From Candidatus Spongiisociaceae bacterium (GTDB lineage Bacteria > Actinomycetota > Acidimicrobiia > Spongiisociales > Spongiisociaceae), in the NCBI GenBank assembly GCA_965262915.1, contig OZ253564.1, positions 2,464,001-2,528,000 on the forward strand: DNA of 64,000 nucleotides. Reading direction: 5' to 3'. The notes beneath the pieces are model-generated. The model was given only the letters and a program-made list of their open reading frames with translations. It ran no database searches and was not told the DNA's origin. The first letter of the stretch is position 1. The number at the start of each line of letters is the position of its first letter. Position numbers and translations under genes: made by a program. Shown here one piece after another: positions 17,718 through 27,230 of this stretch.

Positions 17718-19421
17718 ATGAGCAGCATCGAAATCGATCCGATCACCCTGGCGGTGCTCGAAGGAAGTCTCCAGTCGGCGATCCGCGAGATGCGCCACGT
17801 GCTGGTGCGATCGGGACGGTCGCCGATCATCGCCATCTCCACCGACTTCTCCAACTCGATCCTCGACGCGGCCGGGGAGCAGGTCGTCCAGGGCGACGAC
17901 CAGCCCGTGCATCTGGGATCCATGCAGGTGGCGCTCAAGCAGACCATCCGCTTCTTCGGGGACGACCTCGCCGAGGGGGACGTCATCTACGTGAACGACC
18001 CCACCTACGGCGGCGGTCACCAGGCCGACATGACCATGTTCAAGCCGGTGTTCATCGACGGCGAACTGTTCGCCTGGGTGGGCAACCGGGCCCACGTCTC
18101 CGACTCGGGCGGTCCGGTGGCCGGGGGCTACAACCCGTTGGCCAGGGAGATCTACGCGGAGGGCATCCGTATGTCCCCCATCAAGATCTACGAACGAGGA
18201 AAGGTCCGGCGGGACGTGGTGACCATGCTGCTGCTGAACCTGCGGACCCCCGATGCCCACCGGGGGGACATGGGAGCGCAGATGGGGGCGCTCGGGGTAG
18301 CGGAACGCCGCATCCGCGAGCTGCACAGGTCTCTCGGCCCCGAACGCCTCCAGGCGGGATTCGCCGCGCTGCTCGACCGGGGAGAGGAGCTGGCGAGACG
18401 CGCTATCTCGGAGATTGCCGACGGTACGTATCGGGGGCATTCGGCCATGGAGGATCCCCGGGGTGGACCCCCGCTGGACATCCATTGCGCCATCGGAGTC
18501 GACGGCGACCAGATCCTCGTGAAGTTGGGGGGATCGCCGCAGATCAACCGCTACTTCAACAGCTACTTCGGGAACTCCATATCGGCCATATACGCCGGGA
18601 TGCTGACCGTCTTCCCCACCAACATCCCCCACAACGGAGGGGTCTACCGCTGCATCGACATCGACCTCGGGGAGAAGGGAACGATCGTCAACGCGGTCGA
18701 GCCCTCCCCCTCGTCGATGGCCACCTCCACTCCCTTCGACAACATCATGGAGGCGGTGGAGGCTGCTCTGGCCGAAGCGGTTCCGGAGCGGGCCGTGGCC
18801 GGCTGGTCCCACTTCTGCGGATCCACCTTCGGCGGGCTGGACACCCGCACCGGCGAGCGCTTCTCTCATCTGTCGACCATGTCCGGCATCGGCGGGGCGG
18901 GGGCGATGTGGGAGACCGACGGCTGGTCGTGCTGCAGTCCCCAGTGCACGTTCGGGGGGATGCGCACCGGCAACGTGGAGGAGATCGAGTTCCGCATCCC
19001 GATGCGGATCAACCGCTTCGAACTGGCCCCCGACACCGAAGGACCCGGGCAGTGGCGCGGGGGCTTCGGGATGGCGCTGGAGATGGAGCCGCTGGAGCCG
19101 GGCACGGTGGTGAGCTTCATCGGTGAAGGCTTGGAGATCCCCCCGCCGGGGCGGTTCGTACCCGACGGCTACCAAGACGACAGGGCGGTGTTCTCCCGCT
19201 CGATCAGAGGCCAGGACGGGGTGGTGAGACCGATCGTCCCGCACAGCGTGGTGGACCTGGACCCGGGGAGCGCGCTGGTCAGCACCAGCCCGGGTGGGGG
19301 CGGGATCGGTGATCCCCGGCTGAGGGACCGGGCCGCCATGGCCCGCGATGTCGACAACCAGCTGATCAGCCCCGAACGGGCCGCCCGCGTCTACGGCTAC
19401 GAGGGCGGCCAGGATGGCTGA
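17718..19421 (+). CDS. Hydantoinase B / oxoprolinase family protein
   Basis: IDPITLAV, VHLGSM, NDPTYGGGHQAD, AHVSD.GG, GPGQWRGG, PGGGGIGDP. Confidence 0.92.
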   Translation: MSSIEIDPITLAVLEGSLQSAIREMRHVLVRSGRSPIIAISTDFSNSILDAAGEQVVQGDDQPVHLGSMQVALKQTIRFFGDDLAEGDVIYVNDPTYGGGHQADMTMFKPVFIDGELFAWVGNRAHVSDSGGPVAGGYNPLAREIYAEGIRMSPIKIYERGKVRRDVVTMLLLNLRTPDAHRGDMGAQMGALGVAERRIRELHRSLGPERLQAGFAALLDRGEELARRAISEIADGTYRGHSAMEDPRGGPPLDIHCAIGVDGDQILVKLGGSPQINRYFNSYFGNSISAIYAGMLTVFPTNIPHNGGVYRCIDIDLGEKGTIVNAVEPSPSSMATSTPFDNIMEAVEAALAEAVPERAVAGWSHFCGSTFGGLDTRTGERFSHLSTMSGIGGAGAMWETDGWSCCSPQCTFGGMRTGNVEEIEFRIPMRINRFELAPDTEGPGQWRGGFGMALEMEPLEPGTVVSFIGEGLEIPPPGRFVPDGYQDDRAVFSRSIRGQDGVVRPIVPHSVVDLDPGSALVSTSPGGGGIGDPRLRDRAAMARDVDNQLISPERAARVYGYEGGQDG

Positions 19422-21510
19422 GCGCTTCGTCCTCGGCATCGATGTTGGAGGGACCTTCACCGACGTGGCGGGCCTGGACCGAGGGGGGCGGCCCCTCATG
19501 TTCAAGGTGCCTTCGAGGCCCGACGATCCTTCCTCGGCGGTGATGCAAGGCGTCGAATCCTTCGCCGGCGGCATCGGGGTTCCGGTCGAATCGATACTGC
19601 GGGACGCGCACCTGGTGCACGGAACAACGATGGGGATCAACACGCTCCTGACCCGGACGGGGGCCCGGACGGCTCTGCTGACCACCTCCGGCTTCCGGGA
19701 CATGCTCGAGATCAGGGTCGGATACAAGGAAGAACGGTACGAGTTGGATCTCGAACCGCCCGTCCCGCTCGTACCCCGCCGTCTCAGACTTCCGATCACC
19801 GAGCGGCTCGGTTCCGACGGGGCCGTGGTAACGCCGCTGGATGAGGAGGAGGTCCTGGCCGCCTGCGACTTCATGGTCCGCGAAGGAGTAGAGGCGGTCG
19901 CCATCTGCTTCCTGTGGTCGTTCCTCGACCCGTCCCACGAGATCCGGGCGGCAGAGCTCTGCCGACAGGGTCTCCCCGATGCTTTCGTCACCACATCGTG
20001 GGATGTCCTCCCCGAGATCCGCGAGTACAACCGGGTCAGCACCACGGTGCTCAACGCCTACGTCGGACCCAGGGTGGTGCAGTACGTCGGGGAGCTCGCC
20101 GCACGCCTGGAGGACAACGGTTTCGCCGGCACGCTCCACTTCCTCCAGAGCCACGGAGGTGTTGCCCACGCCGACGAGGTGATGCGCGTCCCGGTTCGAA
20201 CCCTCATGTCGGGTCCCGCAGCAGGACCTGCGGTGGCAGGGTTCTTCGCAGGCCAGGCCGGCATCGAGAACGCCATCTGCATAGACATGGGCGGGACCAG
20301 CTTCGACGCCAGCGTCGTCACCGCAGGATCGGTGCGCCAGTCGCGCCCGGTGGACATCGACGGGGTGCGGATCGGGCTGCCGATGGTCGACGTCCATTCC
20401 GTGGGAGGGGGCGGCGGCTCGATCGCCTGGGTCGACACCGGCATACTCCGGGTCGGGCCGTCGAGCGCCGGATCGGTTCCCGGCCCGGCCTCCTACTCCC
20501 TGGGGGGGACGTCCCCCACCGTTACCGACGCCAACATGGTCCTCGGCGTGTACAGCCCCGGTCCCATCGCCGGTGGTCTCTCTCTGGACGGCGGCCCGGC
20601 CGAGGCGGTGATCGACGGTCTGGCGGGCGAGATCGGGGTGGGCCGGATCGAAGCCGCCGACGGGGTGTGGCGGGTGCTGACCATCGACCTGGCCCAGGCG
20701 ATCCGCGACATCACCGTGGACGAGGGGCGGGATCCCCGCGACTACGTGCTGGTGGTGGGCGGAGGCTCCGGCCCGGTCCACTGCTGCGCCATCGCCGACG
20801 AGTTGGGTATCGACCGCATCATGATTCCGAAGGCGGCCTCCACCCTGTGCGCGCTCGGAGCGATCGTGATGGACGTCGTGTACGAGTTGCGGCGCTCCTA
20901 CCCGATGCAGCTGTCAGGTTCGTTCGATGTCGAGGCGATCGACACCGCGTTCGGGCAGATGGAGCGTGACCTGATCGGGATGCTGCAGGGAGAGGGACTG
21001 GCGAGCGACGGCACCAGGATCGACCGCCGGGTCGGGCTCCGCTACCGCGAGGACGAGATCCACGTCGACCGGGGCCTGGAACTCCGCTACCGGGAGCAGC
21101 TGTGGGAGATCATGGTCCCGATGGCTACCGCCTTCATCGACTTGGACACTATCGAAGGGGTGGTGGATGCCTTCCACGAGCGCCACCACGAGATCTACAC
21201 CTACTCCGAACCCGACAACGTCTGCGAGCTGGTCAGCCTGGCGGTCCGGGCCACCGTCCCGAGGCAGCTGCCCGAGATCGACTGGGATCTTGGGACTCAT
21301 GACAGCTGGGTGCGGCTCGGTGAGCGGAGCGTCCGCCACCGTGATCGCTTCCTGATCACCCCCGTGTTCGACGGCCGCAAAGCCCCCGTATCCGCACCGG
21401 TGGAAGGACCGGCACTGATCCGCGAGGAACTATGCACCGTCTTCGTGGAACCAGGCTGGACATGCACCCTCGAACCGCACGGCGCGTATTCGTTGATTCG
21501 TAGCCGGTAA
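19414..21510 (+). CDS. Hydantoinase A / oxoprolinase family protein
   Basis: GIDVGGTFTD, HGTT..N, SGPAAG, DMGGTSFD, GGGSI, TVTDAN. Confidence 0.92.
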   Translation: MAERFVLGIDVGGTFTDVAGLDRGGRPLMFKVPSRPDDPSSAVMQGVESFAGGIGVPVESILRDAHLVHGTTMGINTLLTRTGARTALLTTSGFRDMLEIRVGYKEERYELDLEPPVPLVPRRLRLPITERLGSDGAVVTPLDEEEVLAACDFMVREGVEAVAICFLWSFLDPSHEIRAAELCRQGLPDAFVTTSWDVLPEIREYNRVSTTVLNAYVGPRVVQYVGELAARLEDNGFAGTLHFLQSHGGVAHADEVMRVPVRTLMSGPAAGPAVAGFFAGQAGIENAICIDMGGTSFDASVVTAGSVRQSRPVDIDGVRIGLPMVDVHSVGGGGGSIAWVDTGILRVGPSSAGSVPGPASYSLGGTSPTVTDANMVLGVYSPGPIAGGLSLDGGPAEAVIDGLAGEIGVGRIEAADGVWRVLTIDLAQAIRDITVDEGRDPRDYVLVVGGGSGPVHCCAIADELGIDRIMIPKAASTLCALGAIVMDVVYELRRSYPMQLSGSFDVEAIDTAFGQMERDLIGMLQGEGLASDGTRIDRRVGLRYREDEIHVDRGLELRYREQLWEIMVPMATAFIDLDTIEGVVDAFHERHHEIYTYSEPDNVCELVSLAVRATVPRQLPEIDWDLGTHDSWVRLGERSVRHRDRFLITPVFDGRKAPVSAPVEGPALIREELCTVFVEPGWTCTLEPHGAYSLIRSR

Positions 21511-21533
21511 CCGGTCGCTGGGGAGAGATGGAT

Positions 21534-21836
21534 TCAAGAGACGCGGGACAGCAGCAGTGAGCCGATTTCCTCGGCTAGCTCGCCAGGCAACCTGGGGAGA
21601 ATGTCGGCACGTTCCTGATCGGACAGCGGGGCTAGGTGACGTGCTGATACATAGGCCGGAAGGGAGAGGGTGACCTCGATCCGCTCTTCCAGAGAGCACT
21701 GGAGGAAGACGGCAGCGGCAAGCTCACCGAGTTCGCCAAGTTCTTCGGCGGTCGGGGGTCGACCGCCGACATCCTCGAACGTCATATTGGGATCTTCCGA
21801 CAACGCGATTATCTCTTGGTAGTTCAGTTGTGTCAC
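21534..21836 (-). CDS. Hypothetical protein
   Basis: 100-aa ORF with plausible composition. The helical C-terminus is only weakly MgtE_N-like. Confidence 0.4.
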   Translation of the reverse strand: MTQLNYQEIIALSEDPNMTFEDVGGRPPTAEELGELGELAAAVFLQCSLEERIEVTLSLPAYVSARHLAPLSDQERADILPRLPGELAEEIGSLLLSRVS

Positions 21837-21881
21837 CGATCACAGACTACTACAACGACTACCTAACATACCTCCCGGTGA

Positions 21882-22770
21882 TCATTGTCCACTACCCAAC
21901 TCCCTAGGAGGAGGCGGGGTGGTCTTCGGAGACCCCACCGGGGTTCCTGACGGCCGGACAATCTTGGTTGGGCAGACGCGCTGCTGCGGAGCGGCTGCCC
22001 AGAGCCGGTCAATGGGTAGTGCATAGATCCGGTCTTGGGGGTACGTGGCCCACTCGCCGGTATGGAAAGCGACGCCGGCCTTGAATCGGGTTCCGAGTTC
22101 GTCGCGCAGGGTCTGCAGACCGCGTCCGCTCCGGGCCTGCCATCCTCCTGCTGCCTTGATTTCGAACGCTACGACGGCACCGTCGGGTAGTTCCACCACC
22201 AGGTCGACTTCGAGCCCGCCCCTGGTGCGCCAGTGCCCGACGGTGGGTGTGTGGTCCATCCAGGAGGCCTGTTTGAGTATCTCGCCGACGGCGAAGGTCT
22301 CGAGAAGATGACCGAACTGTTGCAGCGCCGTGGGGTCGCGTCCGGCCAGCCGGTCCGATGAGAGGCCGAGGAGTCGTGCCGCGACTCCGGAGTCGACGAC
22401 GTGCAGCTTGGGTAGCCGGGTCGCTCGGGCGCGCAGCGTCGTTCCCCAGGCCGGTATGCGTTGGATGAGGAACGAGGATTCCAGGAGGCCGGTGTAGTTG
22501 TGTGCCGTTTTCTGTTTGAGTTCGGCTGCGGCCCCGGCGGATGTCATGTTCAGTACCTGGCCGGTCTGGGAAGCCAGCCGATGGAACAGCCGGCGCAGTC
22601 CCGCCATGTCCCGGATGTTGGAGATGTCGTCGGATATACGCTCGAGGCACAGTTCGATGTAGTTGTCGAACCATCGTTGCCGGGCAACCGCGCTCATCGT
22701 CCGGGTGGGTGGGAAACCTCCATCAACCACCCGTTGGATGTATTGCTCACGGATCGTACCGGACCGGTAG
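21882..22770 (-). pseudogene. 5'-truncated DUF4143 ATP-binding protein (paralog of 29109..30383)
   Basis: Highly similar to the C-terminal half of the 29-kb gene. The Walker A/B region is missing. Confidence 0.85.
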
Positions 22771-22921
22771 CATCATCGTTCCCACGGCACACCACTCCGG
22801 CGAACATGACACTGTCGCCGGTATAATCGATGCTTTCCGCGAGGTCTGAACCTATTCCGAACCCAGAAAGGCACAGGTACTATCGGCCTGTGCCAGCATC
22901 CGCATTGACGAGAAACAACAT

Positions 22922-23992
22922 ATGACATCGACGGGGGTCTCTTCCGGAGAACCGCAGCTAACCGTCATGACGGTGACGGGTCCGGTCGCCGCCGACGATA
23001 TCGGAATAGCGCTCGTTCACGAGCATATTTTCCTCGACATGCGACAGTCATATACGGAGCACCATCCAGACGCGCAATACGGCCCGCCGCAGATTCACAT
23101 GCTGGGAGAATGGCGCCGTGACTACTCCAAGTTCCCGGACTTCATGGTCCTTGATGACGTAGATCTAGCCATCTCCGAGATTTCCAGATTCGCCGAATAC
23201 GGCGGGAAGACCATTGTGGATGCGACTCCGATCGGCGCTCGCCCTCAGTCCCGCCAGCTTTACCCGGCTGGGCTAAGGACAGTTTCTGTAGAGGCTGGTG
23301 TCAATGTGATCGCAGGGTGCGGGTTCTACATCCAAGCATCCCATCCGGAGTACGTGAGGACGTCAAGCTCCCGATTCCTGGCTGAGAGGATCGTCTCCGA
23401 GATAGAGCACGGCCTCGAGGGGACTGACATCAGACCTGGTGTGATCGGCGAGATCGGGCTCAGCCAGCCGGTCGAAGAGGACGAATGGAAGGTCCTCGGA
23501 GCCGCATGCGAGGCGCAGAAACAAACGGGACTCCCGCTCTACATACATCCCTATTTCGGGGCTAGGAGCAGGATTGCTCCTGAGGTCGCCAAGTTCATGC
23601 TACGCAAGGGCGTAGATCCGCAGAAGATCAACATGTGCCACATGGACGGCTACATGAACCTCGACTATCAGAGACGTGTAGCAGACCTGGGCGTATTCAT
23701 CTCATTCGACAACTTCGGCCTGGAGAACTACTACGACTCTATCGACTTCAGCTATAACAGCCATGACTCGCAACGTCACGAACACCTACTCAAGCTGCTG
23801 GCACTCGGTTACCGCGACCAGATTCTGGTGTCCCAGGATACCTGCTACAAGACCCAGCTCACACGGTACGGAGGTTACGGCTACGCACATATCCTACGGA
23901 ATATTGTGCCGGCCTTGCGCTACGCGGGGGTTGACGACGCCACATTGGAGCGTATTCTCGTCAAGAACCCGTATCGACTGCTCAGCCGCTAG
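22922..23992 (+). CDS. Phosphotriesterase-family amidohydrolase
   Basis: MTVTGPV...HEHIF, TIVDAT, GVIGEIG, IH, CHMD, SQD. Confidence 0.92.
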   Translation: MTSTGVSSGEPQLTVMTVTGPVAADDIGIALVHEHIFLDMRQSYTEHHPDAQYGPPQIHMLGEWRRDYSKFPDFMVLDDVDLAISEISRFAEYGGKTIVDATPIGARPQSRQLYPAGLRTVSVEAGVNVIAGCGFYIQASHPEYVRTSSSRFLAERIVSEIEHGLEGTDIRPGVIGEIGLSQPVEEDEWKVLGAACEAQKQTGLPLYIHPYFGARSRIAPEVAKFMLRKGVDPQKINMCHMDGYMNLDYQRRVADLGVFISFDNFGLENYYDSIDFSYNSHDSQRHEHLLKLLALGYRDQILVSQDTCYKTQLTRYGGYGYAHILRNIVPALRYAGVDDATLERILVKNPYRLLSR

Positions 23993-24124
23993 CTAACAGG
24001 TTCGACGGGAGATACAACGCCGGGACCCGGAACGGCGGCCCCAACATTAGAACCGGACACCTTCACGTCGACAGGAGACGGGCAGGCCCCGTGCGGCACG
24101 GTCTGCCCGTCGGTGGCCGCAGGT

Positions 24125-24328
24125 TCAGCCGGCCCAGAACCCCTTGCGATGGGAGATGCCCAGCGCTTTGCGACAGGCGGGACAAGCGTAGATGTACCGC
24201 TTGCCGAACCGGAACTGCGCAGTCCCCCTTCCCGTCGTTCGGACAGTGCGCGCCTCTACCTCGTTGAGCGGCGACTCGCAGTGGGGACACAGGGGCACAA
24301 GGTCAAAGGACTCCTTGACGACCGTCAT
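24125..24328 (-). CDS. Small zinc-ribbon protein
   Basis: CPHC...CPACRKALGISHRKGFW. AAGGAG RBS before MTVVK. Confidence 0.65.
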   Translation of the reverse strand: MTVVKESFDLVPLCPHCESPLNEVEARTVRTTGRGTAQFRFGKRYIYACPACRKALGISHRKGFWAG

Positions 24329-24435
24329 GGCAAGCTCCTTTCGGCGGACCGCGGCAGGGTACGGCGTTGGGTACTGTCCACAAAAGCGCGGCAACCGGCC
24401 ATTGGGTCCGCTCATCCAACCACGGGAGGCACGAT

Positions 24436-25638
24436 GTGAACTGCACCCCCCTGTATCTGCATCCGGGCCGGATCGGTTCGCTCATGCTGCCCAACCGTCT
24501 GGTGCGGGCCGCCACCTCCGAGACGATGGCCACGCCGAAGGGCGTCGTGGTGGATTCCTATGTGGAGCTGTACCGCCGGCTCGCCGAAGGAGGAGCGGGT
24601 CTGATCCTCACCGGGCACATGTACGTGGATCCTCGCGGGCAGGCCAGCGCCAAGCAGACCGGCATCCACCACGACGGGCTGATTCCGGCTCTGCGGCGGG
24701 CCACCGACGCGGTACACGACGCCGGCGGGCGGATCTTCGCCCAGATCGGGCACTGCGGCAGCCAGACCAAGGTGTCGGGCGTCACGCCGGTGGCACCGTC
24801 GCCGGTACCCAATGCCATGTACGGCATCCGCCCGGAGGTGTTGACCTCGGCGGATATAGAAGCGCTCGTGCGCGCCTTCGGCGAGGCGGCACGGCGGGCG
24901 GTCGCCGCCGGGTTCGACGGCATCCACATCCACGGTGGAAACGGCTATCTGATCTCGGAGTTCTGCTCGCCGCACGCGAATACCCGCACCGACGGCTGGG
25001 GTGGCGACGCCGAGCGGCGGAGCCGCTTCATGTTCGAGGTGTACGGCGCGGTGCGGGCAGCGGTCGGGGACGGCTTTCCCGTGACCGCTCGCCTCGCCGT
25101 CGAGGACTCGGTGCCCGGCGGGTTGCAGCGGGAGGAGTCGTTGCAGCGGGCCCGGATCCTGGCGGAGCGCGGCATCGACGGCTTCGAGACGACCTACGGC
25201 GTGATGCGCAGCTACCTGGAGAACATCCGTCCGTACGTGGCGGTGCAGCGGGCGCAGGCGTGGCGCAATCTGGTGGTGCAGCGGGCCTGGAAACCCGCCG
25301 GTGCGGAGGCCTACTACCGGCCCTTCGCTCGTGCAGTGAAGCAGGCCACGGGCCTGCCCGTGATCCTCGTGGGCGGCGTCCGCACCACAGACTCGATGAT
25401 CGATATCCTCACCAGCGGCGATGCGGACTTCCTGGCGATGGCCCGCCCGTTCATCCGCGAACCCGATCTGGTACGCAAGCTGGCGGCCGGCCGCACGGGA
25501 GCCATGGCGTGCGTCTCGTGCAACATGTGCCTGGCACACGACGGCTTCGATCCGCTGCGCTGCTGGCGCACCAGCCCTCGCAGCGTCGCCGTGCACATCC
25601 GCAAGCATTACTGGACCAACCGGCGTCGAGGACAATGA
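24436..25638 (+). CDS. NADH:flavin oxidoreductase (Old Yellow Enzyme family)
   Basis: PNRLVRAAT, QIGHCG, AGFDGIHIHGGNGYL, RTDGWGG, CVSCNMC. GGAGG RBS before GTG 24436. Confidence 0.92.
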   Translation: MNCTPLYLHPGRIGSLMLPNRLVRAATSETMATPKGVVVDSYVELYRRLAEGGAGLILTGHMYVDPRGQASAKQTGIHHDGLIPALRRATDAVHDAGGRIFAQIGHCGSQTKVSGVTPVAPSPVPNAMYGIRPEVLTSADIEALVRAFGEAARRAVAAGFDGIHIHGGNGYLISEFCSPHANTRTDGWGGDAERRSRFMFEVYGAVRAAVGDGFPVTARLAVEDSVPGGLQREESLQRARILAERGIDGFETTYGVMRSYLENIRPYVAVQRAQAWRNLVVQRAWKPAGAEAYYRPFARAVKQATGLPVILVGGVRTTDSMIDILTSGDADFLAMARPFIREPDLVRKLAAGRTGAMACVSCNMCLAHDGFDPLRCWRTSPRSVAVHIRKHYWTNRRRGQ

Positions 25639-25658
25639 GCCCTTCAGCACCCTCCCAG

Positions 25659-25950
25659 TGTCCTGATTCCGGGATCAGTCATGGATACTCGGGACGTGCC
25701 GGCGTTGGCACCGGGCAGGCCTTGGGGGACCGAGAACGCGAAAAACGTGGGACCGGATCCCTCCGACGGGCCCACCCCCGACCGCCACCTCCTCGGTTCC
25801 CGAACGCGTCCCGCCATCCCCTGCGAGGGGTCGGCTCCGACAACATGATCCCTGCCCCGGTCCGGTCGGTACCGCAAGACGGACCGGTGGTGTTTACGGC
25901 TACTTACCATTATGCAACGGGACTGTGACACGTCAATCCTCTTGTGGCGG
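25659..25950 (-). ncRNA. RNA cassette copy 3 with retained IS630-type 3' end
   Basis: TTGACG 25936-31, TGTCAC, CATAAT 25914-09. GGTACC loop at 25868, TTTTTCGCG. TGTCCTGATTC at 25659 is identical to the IS630 TIR. Confidence 0.65.
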
Positions 25951-26000
25951 CGAGGCCGGTTCCTGCGGGGGTGCTGTGAGTGGGTTGGCATGCCGGTCCG

Positions 26001-26618
26001 TCAGGCCAGGTGCTCGATCAGCCGGTCCAACACGGTCGGTAGGTTCCGGAGAAAGAAGTCGTCTGCCTGGGCAGTTCTGCATCTCGATTCAACAAGTGAC
26101 CAGTCGATACGATCCTGCGCTGCGATTGCTAGGGCCACTGCTTCGTCCCAGGTCACAGGCGTTCCATCGGTTGCCTGCACGAGACGATCCACCATCAGGT
26201 CGTTGACCGAGATGACCCGGACCACCACACCTCCGACCTCGATTTGCTTGGGTGGGTCCTCCCCGAACAGCGTCTCGGCCGGCACCTCTATAGCGATCTC
26301 CTCATCGCCGGTGCCGCAGACCCAATGCCGCCCGTCGCGGACAAACCCCAGCCGAGCCAGCACTGCCTTGTCTCGGGAGTCGACAGGGCCGACCATGTCG
26401 ATGTCCGTCATTCGCTGACGGCCGGTGTGGATCATCTGAGCCGCGCCACCGACCAGCACGAGCGGCGCCCGTACAGCAGTGTCGAAAGCAGCAACTGCTA
26501 GGAGGACCCGCTCAGCACTGTCCGGCGACGCCCGCAGTGCCAAGGCGATCAGTTCGGAAGCTCTCAACCCAGAAGCCGCCGCTCGACCGTAGTATCGATG
26601 CCGCGGGCCTGTTTCCAC
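26001..26618 (-). CDS. Putative nucleotidyltransferase-fold protein
   Basis: VLVGGAA...RMTDIDMV motif. Start uncertain. Confidence 0.6.
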   Translation of the reverse strand: METGPRHRYYGRAAASGLRASELIALALRASPDSAERVLLAVAAFDTAVRAPLVLVGGAAQMIHTGRQRMTDIDMVGPVDSRDKAVLARLGFVRDGRHWVCGTGDEEIAIEVPAETLFGEDPPKQIEVGGVVVRVISVNDLMVDRLVQATDGTPVTWDEAVALAIAAQDRIDWSLVESRCRTAQADDFFLRNLPTVLDRLIEHLA

Positions 26619-26902
26619 ACCATCCGCTGCTCGACATCACGCGCCGGAATGCCGCGTTCGGCCAACCGTCGGGCACCCTCGGCCATCCGAGCCTTTACGT
26701 CGGCCAGTGTGAGAGGAGCAGGAGCCGAGAGCACCAACTCCACCCCCAACGCACATGCTATCCGAGCCAGCGTGGAGTACCTGGCATCCACCTTCCCTGC
26801 TTCGATACGGGACAGGTTCGGTTGAGCGATGCCCGTCATGGCCGACAACTGGGAAAGCGTTATCCCCTTGTCTAACCGGATCTCTCGCAACTGCCGATAC
26901 AT
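26564..26902 (-). CDS. XRE HTH regulator
   Basis: LREIRLDKGITLSQLSAMTGIAQPNLSRIEAG. Confidence 0.85.
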   Translation of the reverse strand: MYRQLREIRLDKGITLSQLSAMTGIAQPNLSRIEAGKVDARYSTLARIACALGVELVLSAPAPLTLADVKARMAEGARRLAERGIPARDVEQRMVWKQARGIDTTVERRLLG

Positions 26903-27230
26903 GCTCACCTCAATATAGTTAATGTGATATGCGAGCGGGAAAATCGCGGGCACGCAGCTAACGCCCGGCCCGTAGCCTATGACCGCGTCCGGCCTGCCTC
27001 CGGAGTGCCCCGATCGGTGATCGATACGGGGCCTACTGGCTGGGACGATGGTCGGTAACGCCACTCTGTATGCTCCGCTGTTGCCATCGTTGGGGGCGAA
27101 GTGAGGGTGCCGGGTTCGAAGTGCGTATTCGCTCGAGTCGCGAAGACCCACCAGGGTCCGGAGATCCTATCCCTCTGCGTGGCTCCGACTACGGCTGTAT
27201 TGTCTGGCCGAGAGTCAAGGAGGGTGACTG

